From an uncultured bacterium (lineage in GTDB: Bacteria; Cloacimonadota; Cloacimonadia; Cloacimonadales; TCS61): a stretch of 47,142 nucleotides of DNA. The DNA is taken from positions 1-47,142 of the forward strand of contig CAXCCM010000001.1 of assembly GCA_963981005.1 (NCBI GenBank), read 5' to 3'. A program made the position numbers and the translations under genes. The notes under the pieces are model-generated. The model did not search any database. It saw only the letters and a list, made by a program, of their open reading frames with translations, and was not told where the DNA came from. Below are positions 37,153 to 47,142 of the stretch, in pieces (positions within the stretch are counted from its first letter, which is position 1; every line of letters begins with the position of its first letter).

Positions 37153-38106
37153 TTAGAATGTGAATCCTAATTGCAATGTTAGTGTATCAGCCTTGAAATC
37201 ATCTTCGTCTGCATCAAGAATCTCTTCTGAATACATTTTGTATTCTAATTTAAGAATTGAATCTTTTGTAGGATTCATATTCAAACCGAAGAGAATTGCA
37301 TTGTATTCCATACCTTGTGCTAAAAGATCATCATCTAAGCCATCATATGTGTAATATCCAAAATAAGGAACTGGCTTGATCCAGAAAGGAATTCCAGGAA
37401 CATAACTAACGATAGTATACAAGTTTAAATCACTTGTGTCATCATTAGCATCACCATTACTTACAAGTTGAAGCTTGATATTTGCCATTTCAGCAGCTGT
37501 ATAACCAATATCAAAAGCCCAATCCATAATTGCATCAGTATCTAAATCTGGATCTTGTCCACGCATCACAAAACCAGCACCAATATCAGCACCAGCTACA
37601 TTATAATCAAAACGAGCACCGTAATCAGCATAATCGTACATTCCAATAGCAGACTGATTAATATCTAATGTGAAAAGCTGCCATCCTAAACCTTTTACAT
37701 TACCATCAAATTTTACCATCCAGTCATTTTCAGGATTAATAAATCCCCAGCAAGCACCTTCAATAATATTAAGATTTGCAAAAGTAGAAGGATTTAATTC
37801 TTTTACTAATGGAACTGCAGTTTTACCAATAAGCACATTCACCATTGGGTGAAGCGCAAATTTTTTGAACATATGATTAATAGTAAAATTATCACCAGGC
37901 CATGCTGTATCACTAAAGTTAGCATGGAAACCATAATCAGCTCCCCAGTATCCAATTCCTACATAACCGCGAACTAATCCACCACCTTCATCAGCTGAAC
38001 CAGGATATCCCATAATTGGATAAGTCATATCAGCTTCACCAGAAGCACCAGCAAAAAGGCTTGCTACAAAAACTAAACTAACTACTAATAAAATAATTTT
38101 TTTCAT
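37153..38106 (-). CDS. Outer-membrane beta-barrel protein (second porin-like gene).
   Basis: It has a signal peptide (..VASLFAGASG), a G/Y/D-rich sequence, and a C-terminal ..LQLGFTF. The RBS is GGGAGAA. Confidence 0.65.
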   Translation of the reverse strand: MKKIILLVVSLVFVASLFAGASGEADMTYPIMGYPGSADEGGGLVRGYVGIGYWGADYGFHANFSDTAWPGDNFTINHMFKKFALHPMVNVLIGKTAVPLVKELNPSTFANLNIIEGACWGFINPENDWMVKFDGNVKGLGWQLFTLDINQSAIGMYDYADYGARFDYNVAGADIGAGFVMRGQDPDLDTDAIMDWAFDIGYTAAEMANIKLQLVSNGDANDDTSDLNLYTIVSYVPGIPFWIKPVPYFGYYTYDGLDDDLLAQGMEYNAILFGLNMNPTKDSILKLEYKMYSEEILDADEDDFKADTLTLQLGFTF

Positions 38107-38190
38107 CTTTTTCTCCCTAGATTTTTTTTAACACACATTAGCTAATTTAAATTAACTAAACTTAATTACGATAGTTAAACTCACTTTTTA

Positions 38191-38219
38191 ATTATCACAT
38201 TCTATTCTTATATTATGAA
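38191..38219 (-). promoter_or_regulatory. Candidate extended -10 promoter for the OMP gene at 37153..38106.
   Basis: On the minus strand, TTCATA (38219..38214) is followed by 17 nt ending in TGT, then GATAAT (38196..38191). This would give a leader of about 85 nt. Confidence 0.35.
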
Positions 38220-38384
38220 CATGCCTAAATGAATTTTATTCAGTAATTGTGTCAAGAAATTTTTGCTATATATATCTTATCTAATTGTATTATAATAAGT
38301 TAAATATTTTTCAGAGTAATTTGAACATGCTTATCAGTCATAGCTAAGTCTTTATGTTTTAGATATATAGCTGTCACAAGACAT

Positions 38385-39680
38385 TTATTCTTTTTTTGCA
38401 TTCCTTACAATTGGAAGGAAAATTATCTCAAGTGGGTTCATCATGATATTCCCATTAATATCTTTTGCTGAAACATTAAATTTGTAAGATGAGTAGTTAT
38501 TTAGTTTGTGTTGAGAACTAAAGATATAATGTTTAGAATTACTATTTAGAACAACAACATCTTCAACATTTCCAGTCTCAATTTCTATTAATTGTGTTTC
38601 AATATCATCCTCTAGTATGATTTCAGAAAAATGAACCGATATTTTAGGAAGGAAAGTATTTACAGAAGAACCTGTTCGGGGGGTTGATGAAACTACTTCC
38701 GGTGGAATTGAATCTATTAGCGTGTTGCCATCAATTAATAACGCCCCTTCCCCTGTAATATTATCTTTGCTATCTATTATTTCTTTAATAGTTATTTTGT
38801 ATTTAAGTGTATCTAAGTTAGTTGTAAGAATAGAAAGTTCGTCTTCATATAAATAATGTGCGATTACATCTGAGTTGGTTTCTAATGAATCAGCAGTAAC
38901 AATTAAGATCTCAGACACTGAAACGATTGGCTCTGAAAATTTAATATTAATATTGTTATTATATTTTACAGTTGCTGATTCTATTTCTGGCTTTAAAGTA
39001 TCGGCATAAGATAGGTATATATCTGTTATAGAAGACGTTACAGGATTGATAACTTCTTGGAAATATGGTTCACTTTCATAATCGTATTTTTCATTTGTGT
39101 TTTTATCGATAAAAGCCCTTATAATGTATTCTACTTTATTTAAATCTTCTATTATATATGTTCCGCCAAAAGCAACTTTTGAAAACACTTCTGTTGAATC
39201 TGATGTTAAAATTGTCATCTGAATCTTCTTGTTAGCATCTTCTATCTTTTCGAATGAAAAATTACCAGAAATTCGGTTAGAGTTAAGTTCGCCACTTGCA
39301 AAAATATAAGTACTGTTTTTGCTTAGGAAATTACCATGTTCACCTTTGATCTTACTAGAAAAATTAAAATAATAATTTGTATCATTCTCTAACTCTTCCA
39401 TGATCTTAATCGTTAATATGTTCCCGTCCCAAATGTATTTTTTCTTTAATATTGGAGGGTGGATATAAATTCCTAAAAAAATTGAATTACGTTCGATTGG
39501 TTTAGAAAATATAATTTCGATATTTGAATCGCTTATATTACTGTATTCATCTGGTGTTACAGAAACTATTTCTGGATTTATCGTATCTTTTTTCCCACCT
39601 GTAGGGCTTTTCTTATGACCACAAGAAATTAAAAATAAAAAAATTGTAAGAGAAATAATTATGATTATTAATTTTTTCAT
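38385..39680 (-). CDS. Lipoprotein with bacterial Ig-like (SbsA_Ig/Big-type) domains.
   Basis: The lipobox is FLISCG. PEIVSVTPD...IEIIFSKPI and PPEVVSSTPR...ISVHFSE are typical openings of Ig-like domains. Confidence 0.6.
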   Translation of the reverse strand: MKKLIIIIISLTIFLFLISCGHKKSPTGGKKDTINPEIVSVTPDEYSNISDSNIEIIFSKPIERNSIFLGIYIHPPILKKKYIWDGNILTIKIMEELENDTNYYFNFSSKIKGEHGNFLSKNSTYIFASGELNSNRISGNFSFEKIEDANKKIQMTILTSDSTEVFSKVAFGGTYIIEDLNKVEYIIRAFIDKNTNEKYDYESEPYFQEVINPVTSSITDIYLSYADTLKPEIESATVKYNNNINIKFSEPIVSVSEILIVTADSLETNSDVIAHYLYEDELSILTTNLDTLKYKITIKEIIDSKDNITGEGALLIDGNTLIDSIPPEVVSSTPRTGSSVNTFLPKISVHFSEIILEDDIETQLIEIETGNVEDVVVLNSNSKHYIFSSQHKLNNYSSYKFNVSAKDINGNIMMNPLEIIFLPIVRNAKKE

Positions 39681-39683
39681 GAT

Positions 39684-40403
39684 CTATTCTTTTATGTTTT
39701 TATAAAACTTTCCATTCTGTAGGAAGAAAACGGTTTGCCTAATAACTTCATCATTATATTTTATAGTTAAATGAGTGCTGTGTACTATCATAAAATCTTT
39801 CATTTCAATAAGTTTTGTATTATCAACTGCAACTCTGCCATCATCTTCACCAGGAATGATTTTAGAAAAGTAAGGATTTGTACTTTTATCTCCTGCAATA
39901 ATCCCAATTTCAGGAATAATTTGTTTAAGCTCTGATAAAATATTAGAATCCGTAGCAAGCTCTTGCCCCACATCTCCAACTATAAGATTATAAAATTTGC
40001 TTTCTTTAAAATGATCGGCTACTTCTGATCCTTTATTGGGTGGGCTAAGCATTACGATTCGGCTGCCTTCAGGAAGTTCATGATCTTGAAGATAGCATCT
40101 TACAATTAATCCACCCATCGAATGAGTAACAAAATGTATTTTATCAAAACCAATCTTCTTATATCTTTCTACAATTTCAGATAATTCCTTTTCTGCCAAT
40201 GATTCTATTGTCTCGCCATTAGATGAATATCCAATATTCTTTGTTGTATAGCCTTCTTCTTTTAATGCAATTTCAAGTTTCAACATCGAAAGCTTAACAT
40301 CACCTAATCCATGTAATAATATAACACTTTCATTAATTTGTTTTGCCTGTAGATTAACTATAAAAATTGTTATTACAATAATGAACGTAAATACTTTCTG
40401 CAC
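39684..40403 (-). CDS. Secreted alpha/beta-hydrolase (lipase/esterase-like).
   Basis: It has a signal peptide, ILLHGLGD, and the nucleophile elbow THSMGG. The GTG start shares one nucleotide with the recR stop (TAGTG). Confidence 0.7.
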   Translation of the reverse strand: MQKVFTFIIVITIFIVNLQAKQINESVILLHGLGDVKLSMLKLEIALKEEGYTTKNIGYSSNGETIESLAEKELSEIVERYKKIGFDKIHFVTHSMGGLIVRCYLQDHELPEGSRIVMLSPPNKGSEVADHFKESKFYNLIVGDVGQELATDSNILSELKQIIPEIGIIAGDKSTNPYFSKIIPGEDDGRVAVDNTKLIEMKDFMIVHSTHLTIKYNDEVIRQTVFFLQNGKFYKNIKE

Positions 40404-41002
40404 TATTCTGTTACCGAATATCTTCTTTTAAAAGCATTACTCAAAGTTAGTGAACTTGTATATTCAATATCTCCACCAAAAGGAAGACCTGTAGAAAGCC
40501 TGGTTATTTTAACATTTTTTCCTTCAAATTGCGAAGCTAAAAAATTTATTGTACTTTCACCTTCTGCTGAAGGATTCAAAGCTAGAATTATTTCGTTGAT
40601 CTTCCCAGAGATAATCATCTTTTCTAATTTTGGAAAATTAATCTCATCCGGGCCAATTCCATCGAGTGGTGAGAGTAATTCATTTAACACAAAATATTTT
40701 CCTTTAAACTCATGTAGATCTTCAATGAGATATGCGTCTTGCGTATTCTCAACAACGCAAATAACATTTGATAGTCTTGTTTCATCACTGCAAAATTTAC
40801 ATGGTTCTGTTTCTGATAGCATATTGCAAACAGAGCAATTATCATAACTTTGTACAGCAACCTTAATAGAATCCGCCAAGCTCACAGCATCTGCCTTCTC
40901 TTTACTAATAAGATGAATAGCCAACCGTTGTGCTGTTTTAGATCCAATTCCAGGAAGTTTCTTCAGGTTATTTACAAGATCTTCTAAAAAGCCATTAAAC
41001 AT
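40403..41002 (-). CDS. recR: Recombination protein RecR.
   Basis: It has LPGIGSKTAQRLA (HhH motif), a C4 zinc finger (CSVC..CKFC), and a Toprim region. The protein is 199 aa. Confidence 0.92.
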   Translation of the reverse strand: MFNGFLEDLVNNLKKLPGIGSKTAQRLAIHLISKEKADAVSLADSIKVAVQSYDNCSVCNMLSETEPCKFCSDETRLSNVICVVENTQDAYLIEDLHEFKGKYFVLNELLSPLDGIGPDEINFPKLEKMIISGKINEIILALNPSAEGESTINFLASQFEGKNVKITRLSTGLPFGGDIEYTSSLTLSNAFKRRYSVTE

Positions 41003-41028
41003 TATTTATTGCCTTATTGCAATTTACT

Positions 41029-41355
41029 TTAAAACATTCCTGGTATTTTTAAGCCACCTGTTAGCTTACCCATTTCTTCTTCACTCGATTTTGCTATCTT
41101 GTCATGAGCTTCATTAACTGCAGCTATTATGAGATCCTCTAACATTTCTATGTCATCAGGGTCTACAACTTCTTTATCAATATTCAAAGAAACTAACTGG
41201 TTTTTGCCATTCATCTCAACTTTTACCATTCCACCACCGGAAGTTCCTTCTACAATCTTACTCGAAAGCTCTTCCTGAGCCTTCATCATCTCATCCTGCA
41301 TCTTTTTTGCCTGTTTCATGAGATCCTTCATTCCTTTTTTTCCACCTGGAAACAT
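41029..41355 (-). CDS. ybaB: YbaB/EbfC-family nucleoid-associated protein.
   Basis: MFPGGKKGMKDLMKQAKKMQ... is typical of the family. I place the start at ATG 41355 (GGAGG, 7 nt, ATG) rather than 41361. Confidence 0.88.
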   Translation of the reverse strand: MFPGGKKGMKDLMKQAKKMQDEMMKAQEELSSKIVEGTSGGGMVKVEMNGKNQLVSLNIDKEVVDPDDIEMLEDLIIAAVNEAHDKIAKSSEEEMGKLTGGLKIPGMF

Positions 41356-41418
41356 ACTCATTCCTCCATTTTAAATTATATTTTATTCAATAAATTTATT
41401 ACTATTTTTAAAGTCAAA

Positions 41419-42255
41419 TTAATATTCAATATCAAGCTCTAGAGCCAATTTATAAATTCTATTCTTTTGCTCACCTGTTTCATCTGCAACAAGTTTTACG
41501 GCCTTTTTCTTTGATTCTCCATTTTTTAATAATACAATAATTTTTTCTTCTAATTCACTATCGGTGAATGTTCTTTTTTCTGAACCTTCAACTAAAATTA
41601 CAAATTCACCTTTTGCAATAATTTGCTCATTATTTTCAATTATATTTTTTATTGATGTACGATAATAAGTTTCGTAAATCTTAGAAATTTCTCGGGCAAC
41701 TACTACTTTACGATCTCCAAAAATATCAAATAATCTTTGCATGAATTTATGTAATTTGTGTGGAGCTTCATAAAATACCAACGTATTTTCATTATCTTTA
41801 ATTTTTTGCAGAATTTCATCACGTGTTTTATTTTTCTCTGGTAGGAATCCAATAAATTGGAATCTCTCGCAATTTAATCCTGATGCTACTAAAGCCGGTA
41901 TAAATGCCGTAGCGCCTGGCAATACTTCCACTTTTATATCATTAGCGATAGCTTCTTCAATAATGATACTTGATGGATCTGAAATACCAGGTGTTCCAGC
42001 ATCTGAGATGATTGCAATATCTTCTCCATTTTGTAATTTACCAATTAATTGTTCAACACGTTTGCGCTCATTGAACTTATGATAACTTATCATTTGAGTT
42101 TCAATATTATAATGATTCAACAACTTCTTAGAATTTCTTGTGTCCTCAGCTCCAATAAGTGATACATTTTTAAGAACTTCAACTGCTCTAAAAGTGATAT
42201 CACCTAAATTACCAATTGGAGTTGGAACGATATATAGAATTCCTGTTTTACTCAT
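41419..42255 (-). CDS. rsmI: 16S rRNA (cytidine1402-2'-O)-methyltransferase RsmI.
   Basis: It has LYIVPTPIGNLGDIT.RA...L, AEDTR and ISDAGTPGISDP motifs. Confidence 0.9.
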   Translation of the reverse strand: MSKTGILYIVPTPIGNLGDITFRAVEVLKNVSLIGAEDTRNSKKLLNHYNIETQMISYHKFNERKRVEQLIGKLQNGEDIAIISDAGTPGISDPSSIIIEEAIANDIKVEVLPGATAFIPALVASGLNCERFQFIGFLPEKNKTRDEILQKIKDNENTLVFYEAPHKLHKFMQRLFDIFGDRKVVVAREISKIYETYYRTSIKNIIENNEQIIAKGEFVILVEGSEKRTFTDSELEEKIIVLLKNGESKKKAVKLVADETGEQKNRIYKLALELDIEY

Positions 42256-42274
42256 TATTCTTACCCTTTTATAA

Positions 42275-42306
42275 AGAAAGGAAGCCCCGAATTTTCTGGG
42301 GCTTCC
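42275..42306 (-). terminator. Intrinsic terminator after the BMP-family binding-protein gene.
   Basis: GGAAGCCCC-gaattttct-GGGGCTTCC is followed on the minus strand by CTTTCTTTAT. Confidence 0.7.
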
Positions 42307-42333
42307 AATTTATATTAAGTTACAATTAACTAA

Positions 42334-43344
42334 TTACTTCATCCATTCAGCAAAAGTATCAGGTGTACTTGGAACTACGATCTCACCTGAGATAACTTTA
42401 GCTTTAAGTTCTTCAACTTCTTCTAAGATCTCAGCAGGAACAAGTTTATATGATGTAGGAGCAATTCCAACACCGCCTTCTTTTAAACCGTAACCAACAG
42501 TTGATCCACCTGGGAATTCATCTTTTACGAGGAGTGCAGCAATGTTAAATATTGCATTATCAACTCTTTTCATAGCTGATGTAATCACATGCTCAGGAGC
42601 AAGTGAATTTTGGTCTCTATCTACACCAATTGCAAATTTATCTTGTTCTTTAGCTGCTTCTATAACGCCATCACCAACGCCACCAGCTGCATGATAAACT
42701 ATGTCGGCATTATTTTCATACATTTGATTTGCAATAGCTTTACCTTTGGCTGCATCTGTAAAAGAATCTGCATACTGTGCTAAAATTTCAGCATCAGGAT
42801 TAGCTAATTTAACTCCAGCTTTGAAACCATATTCAAATTTCTCGATCAAAGGGAATTTCATTCCACCAACAAAACCAACTTTATTAGTTTTTGTCATTTT
42901 ACCTGCAATATAACCAACTAAGAATGATGGCTCTTGCTCTTTAAATACAACACCAACTACGTTTGCTGGAGTTTCTTCACCATAAGCATAATCGATAATA
43001 GCATAATTTTGATCTGGATTAGCTAAAGCTTTCTCTTTAATTGTATCGCCCATTTTGAAACCAATACCCCAGATTAAGTTATTTCCAGCATCAAGTAAAG
43101 TTTCCATATTTGGTGAATAATCTGCATCTTGAGTTGACTCAAGATAGCTAACTGCAATAGCAAATTCTTTCTCAGCTCTTTTTAATCCTTCCCAAGCTGA
43201 TTGGTTGAATGATTGGTCATTAATTCCACCAACATCTGTTACCATTGCAACCTTAATACCTGATTCCTTTTGTGCTTGTCCACAACTTACAACAGACAAA
43301 ACAAATAACGCAAGAACAAAAATCGTAATAATTCTTTTAAACAT
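42334..43344 (-). CDS. BMP-family (PnrA/Med-like, nucleoside-type) ABC transporter substrate-binding lipoprotein.
   Basis: The lipobox is LSVVSCG. VAMVTDVGGINDQSFNQSAWEGL is the BMP family hallmark. I place the start at ATG 43344 (AGGAG, 6 nt, ATG) rather than 43350. Confidence 0.85.
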   Translation of the reverse strand: MFKRIITIFVLALFVLSVVSCGQAQKESGIKVAMVTDVGGINDQSFNQSAWEGLKRAEKEFAIAVSYLESTQDADYSPNMETLLDAGNNLIWGIGFKMGDTIKEKALANPDQNYAIIDYAYGEETPANVVGVVFKEQEPSFLVGYIAGKMTKTNKVGFVGGMKFPLIEKFEYGFKAGVKLANPDAEILAQYADSFTDAAKGKAIANQMYENNADIVYHAAGGVGDGVIEAAKEQDKFAIGVDRDQNSLAPEHVITSAMKRVDNAIFNIAALLVKDEFPGGSTVGYGLKEGGVGIAPTSYKLVPAEILEEVEELKAKVISGEIVVPSTPDTFAEWMK

Positions 43345-43440
43345 TTGCATCTCCTTCCTTATTTTTTAAAGCTACTTCAATGTAGCATTTTTTTCTTTAA
43401 CTAAACACTTTCAAATCACTTTTGGTGTCAAGTGATAAAC

Positions 43441-44391
43441 CTAAAATTTATGTTCCTTCTCGTATGGAATACCATCAGCAGAAGGTGCAGCAGACTTTCC
43501 AACAAATCCAATGAGTACAACTATAGTTATTACATAAGGTAACATACTTATTAATTGAGAAGAGATCCTAAAATTAAACTGACCTAAGAACACAGCTATT
43601 CCTTGTGCTCCACCAAATAGCAAACATGCCAATAATGCTCCTTGTGGTTTCCATTTTCCAAATATCATTGCAGCAAGTGCAATAAAGCCATGTCCGGAAA
43701 TTAAAGTAGGTCTAAAATTTGAAACAATTGCCAAGCTCATTGCGGCTCCACCAAATCCAGCAAAAACACCTGACATTATAACTGCAAAATAGCGAATTCG
43801 TATTACATTAATACCCAAAGTATCTGCTGCTGTAGGATGTTCACCAACAGATCTTAATCGTAAGCCGTATTTAGTTTTGTACATAAAAAACCAAATAATA
43901 AGAACCATAATTAATGCTAAATAAACAGTTGCGTATTGATTATCAAATATTATGCTTAAAAAAGAGCCTTCGGGAAAAACTCCATTTAAAGGTCTTGGCA
44001 TTTTGTTATCAAGTGGAATAGATTTTGTCATTGTAGCACCCTCAAAGAACATCCGGCTTAAGAATAGAGCTATACCTATTCCCAAAAAATTAACTGCAAT
44101 ACCAGATACAACCTGATTTGCACCAAATGTTACGCTTGCAAATGCATGAAGGAGTCCAAACATACCACCGGCAATACCAGCTCCGATAAAGGCAATCCAC
44201 GGATCGCCAACAAAATATCCGATTGCTGCGCCTGCAAAAGCACCAATTACCATCATACCTTCCAATCCTATATTAATAATACCGGAATTTTCTGATAAAA
44301 CTCCACCAAGAGATGTGTATATCAGGGGTGTTGAATACATTAATGTTGTTCCAATTATCAAGGCAAGATTACTAAATATTGTATCTATCAT
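43441..44391 (-). CDS. ABC transporter permease (BMP-system, YufQ/NupQ-like).
   Basis: It is a polytopic 316-aa membrane protein. It has an ATGA overlap with the upstream permease gene. Confidence 0.8.
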   Translation of the reverse strand: MIDTIFSNLALIIGTTLMYSTPLIYTSLGGVLSENSGIINIGLEGMMVIGAFAGAAIGYFVGDPWIAFIGAGIAGGMFGLLHAFASVTFGANQVVSGIAVNFLGIGIALFLSRMFFEGATMTKSIPLDNKMPRPLNGVFPEGSFLSIIFDNQYATVYLALIMVLIIWFFMYKTKYGLRLRSVGEHPTAADTLGINVIRIRYFAVIMSGVFAGFGGAAMSLAIVSNFRPTLISGHGFIALAAMIFGKWKPQGALLACLLFGGAQGIAVFLGQFNFRISSQLISMLPYVITIVVLIGFVGKSAAPSADGIPYEKEHKF

Positions 44392-45530
44392 TTTGAACCC
44401 CCTTTTTTATTTTTTTTGGTTAAGATTACTTTGATTAATTTTGGAATTGAAATAAAAAATACTATTGATCCAATTACAATACTGATCACCTCAGAAGGTG
44501 CCTGCATAAATGGTTGGATTTTTGCTCCACCATATTTTAGAGCTCCAAATAAGATTCCAGCTAATATGCACCCAAGAGCACTACTGTTAGCTATCAATGC
44601 AACTGCGATGCCATCAAATCCATAACCCTCCATTGCTGCAATAAGAGTTACTTTATGAGAAACTCCAACAACTTGTAATGCACCTGCAAGTCCAGCTAAA
44701 CCACCAGCAATAAACATTGAAATGATCATATTTTTGTTTACATTAATACCACCATATTCTGCGGCAAATTTATTAAACCCAACTGCGCGCAATCTATAAC
44801 CAAGTGATGTTTTATTAAGGATGAACCAAACTAATATTGCCATTAGAACTGCAATTGCAAAACCCCAATTCATAGGTGTTCTTAAAAGGCCTTTCCAAAA
44901 AGGATGCTGTAACAGCCATTCACGTCCTGCATCTGATTGTTTCCAAGTTTTTAGGATCATCATATTTGCTGTAGGTTGAATAGAATAGGAAGTTTCTCCT
45001 CCTGGCTTTTGGAATCCCTTAGTATATATTAGGAAATTCTGGAAATACAAAGCAATCCAATTCAGCATAATTGTTGATATCACTTCATGCACACCAAATT
45101 TTGCTTTAAAGTAACCAGCCAGTCCACCCCATATTCCCGCTGCTAATACGGCAGAAATAATTACGACAGGAATGTGGATCAATAATGGTAAATGTAAGAA
45201 ATAGCCAGTTGCAGTTGCCACAACCGAACCAATAATGAATTGTCCTTCTGCACCAATATTAAACAAACCAGTCTTAAAAGCAAATGCTATTGAAAGTCCT
45301 GTAAGAATTAGAGGTGTAGCACGAACAATTGTATAGGAAATATAGCTGGGTTTAGAGAATATACCACGCAATATTATTCCATAAGCTTGAAATGGATTAA
45401 AGCCTGCAGCAGCGAGAAAAATAGCACCTACTACAAGTCCTAAGAAAATTGAAATCAAAGTAAATCCTATTGTTTTCTCAGTTGCGAAAATATATAGTTT
45501 CTTTCTTAAATCTTTAAATGTTAGTTTCAT
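44388..45530 (-). CDS. ABC transporter permease (BMP-system, YufP/NupP-like).
   Basis: It is a polytopic 380-aa membrane protein. It has an ATGA overlap with the ATPase gene. Confidence 0.8.
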   Translation of the reverse strand: MKLTFKDLRKKLYIFATEKTIGFTLISIFLGLVVGAIFLAAAGFNPFQAYGIILRGIFSKPSYISYTIVRATPLILTGLSIAFAFKTGLFNIGAEGQFIIGSVVATATGYFLHLPLLIHIPVVIISAVLAAGIWGGLAGYFKAKFGVHEVISTIMLNWIALYFQNFLIYTKGFQKPGGETSYSIQPTANMMILKTWKQSDAGREWLLQHPFWKGLLRTPMNWGFAIAVLMAILVWFILNKTSLGYRLRAVGFNKFAAEYGGINVNKNMIISMFIAGGLAGLAGALQVVGVSHKVTLIAAMEGYGFDGIAVALIANSSALGCILAGILFGALKYGGAKIQPFMQAPSEVISIVIGSIVFFISIPKLIKVILTKKNKKGGSK

Positions 45531-47068
45531 ACGTTGCCTCCGCCAGCCATCATTAATCCTAGTTTTTCAACTTCGGCATCTTTTGCATCTACAATTCCCA
45601 CTATTTTACCTTCATAAATTACAGCAATTCTATCTGAAACATTCATGATCTCATCAAGTTCAAAAGAGATCAGGAATACAGCTTTATTATTGTCACGCTG
45701 TTCTATTAATGATTTATGAACAAATTCGATTGCACCGACGTCGAGTCCTCTTGTTGGTTGTGCGGCTATAAGCAAATCTGGGTCATTAGAAACCTCTCTG
45801 GCAATTATTACCTTCTGTTGATTCCCACCTGAAAGGGTTCTTGCCATTTTAGATTCCTCATTAGGACGAACATCAAATTTATCGATCAACTCTTTTGCAT
45901 AGACCTTGATGTTATCATATTGAAGAACTCCTTTTCTTGCGAATGGACTTCTATAATAATTTTCTAGTATTGTATTTTCCGATATATCAAAATCTAAAAC
46001 AAGACCTCTTTTTTGTCTATCTTCTGGAATATGCGATATTTTTTTATTTATAACTTGGAATGGTGTGTTGTTTGTAATATCTTCACCATTAATCTTTATA
46101 ACTCCTGATTCTACTTTTCTAAGACCTGTAATTGCCTCTAACAATTCGGTCTGTCCGTTGCCGTCAATACCTGCAAGACCAAGTATTTCACCCTTCTTAA
46201 CAGAAAGGTTAAGTTTATCTACAGCAATAATGTCTCTGTTGTCTTTAACAACAAGATCTTTAATCGAGAAAATTTCATTACCTGCTTCTTTCTCATTTTT
46301 AGCAACACTAAAACTTACTTCCCTTCCTACCATTTTAGAGGCTAAACCCTCTTCATCAGTTTCAGATACAACTACTGTTTCAATGTGTTTTCCACGTCTA
46401 ATTATTAAACAGAAATCAGCTGCATCTGTAATTTCTTTAAGCTTATGACTAATAAGAATTATTGATTTTCCCTCTTTAGTTAGATTCTTTATAATTTGAA
46501 TAAGTTCAACAATCTCTTGAGGTGTTAAAACTGCTGTTGGTTCATCAAGTATTAGTATTTCTGCACCACGATATAGTGCTTTTAAGATTTCAACTCTCTG
46601 CTGCATTCCAACAGAAATATCTTCGATCTTTGCATTGGGATCCACATAAAGCCCATACCGTTCGGAAATCTCCTTAACGTCTCTAAGAGCTTTCTTCATG
46701 TCCAGAACACTAAATTTGGAAGTTGGTTCTCTACCTAAAATAATATTCTGTGCTACAGTAAATGGCTTTACCAGCATGAAATGTTGATGCACCATACCAA
46801 TTCCATGATCAATAGCAATATTCGGATTTGTGATATCTACTTTTTTCCCGTTGATCATAATCTCACCTGATGTGGGACTATAAAGTCCGTACAATATGTT
46901 CATTAAAGTAGATTTTCCAGCTCCATTCTCACCAAGCAGTGCATGAACTTTCCCTTTAAATACATCCAGATTTACAGAATCATTCGCTACGAAACCACCA
47001 AATTTCTTGGTAATGTTTTTCATCTCAATCACTTTTTCGAGTGATTGTGTTACATTTTCATATCCCAT
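45527..47068 (-). CDS. ABC transporter ATP-binding protein with duplicated ABC domains.
   Basis: It has Walker A (GENGAGKST), the signature LSGGNQQK/VGMQQR, and Walker B (ILILDEPT). Its 513-aa length is typical of CUT2/nucleoside-type ATPases. Confidence 0.9.
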   Translation of the reverse strand: MGYENVTQSLEKVIEMKNITKKFGGFVANDSVNLDVFKGKVHALLGENGAGKSTLMNILYGLYSPTSGEIMINGKKVDITNPNIAIDHGIGMVHQHFMLVKPFTVAQNIILGREPTSKFSVLDMKKALRDVKEISERYGLYVDPNAKIEDISVGMQQRVEILKALYRGAEILILDEPTAVLTPQEIVELIQIIKNLTKEGKSIILISHKLKEITDAADFCLIIRRGKHIETVVVSETDEEGLASKMVGREVSFSVAKNEKEAGNEIFSIKDLVVKDNRDIIAVDKLNLSVKKGEILGLAGIDGNGQTELLEAITGLRKVESGVIKINGEDITNNTPFQVINKKISHIPEDRQKRGLVLDFDISENTILENYYRSPFARKGVLQYDNIKVYAKELIDKFDVRPNEESKMARTLSGGNQQKVIIAREVSNDPDLLIAAQPTRGLDVGAIEFVHKSLIEQRDNNKAVFLISFELDEIMNVSDRIAVIYEGKIVGIVDAKDAEVEKLGLMMAGGGNV

Positions 47069-47142
47069 ATTACACTCTCTTTTATTTATAAATTATTTTT
47101 TTGTTTTATTTATGTGATGAGTCAAGAATTATATAAATCATA

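Noticed and set aside
46065-46448. A 127-aa plus-strand ORF inside the ABC ATPase gene.
   Set aside because: It is antisense to a well-supported Walker A/B gene. Its product is S/L/P/T-rich with no recognisable motif and no RBS.

Overview
The window is AT-rich, roughly one-third G+C by eye. It looks like bacterial chromosome, densely coded and mostly on the minus strand. Two secreted proteins end in a YPNPFNP...GVYFYQL tail, the type-A T9SS/Por C-terminal sorting domain. Together with a type-2 (GWDTHGLP) IleRS and the low GC, this suggests an FCB-superphylum organism such as Cloacimonadota; that placement is inference only.

Most genes are housekeeping:
- asnS, gpmI, and a secG-tRNA-Leu unit.
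- A tight operon of Zn-ribbon gene, ileS, DUF1015, rimO and trpS.
- rlmD, recR, ybaB and rsmI.
- A BMP-family (nucleoside-type) ABC transporter.

I found no CRISPR array, transposase/integrase, prophage gene or recognisable defence system.

The parts worth a second look:
1. An operon of two diverged ~987-aa paralogs (25192-31136). Each has two receiver-like domains fused to a PPDK_N-type ATP-grasp module and a short unassigned C-terminal domain, so they are not complete PEP synthases or dikinases. Only one paralog keeps a receiver phospho-acceptor Asp.
2. Directly downstream, two tandem and separately terminated NADP-type gdhA paralogs. They share long stretches of identical nucleotides, a common upstream motif, and one has a perfect 12-4-12 palindrome upstream.
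3. A type-II tRNA-Leu whose anticodon reads AAG (A34), 7 nt after secG.
4. A translationally coupled outer-membrane beta-barrel / GT2 / flippase-like cluster facing a radical SAM/SPASM gene.
5. Two monocistronic porin-like genes.

All family assignments come from motifs read by eye. No database search was possible.
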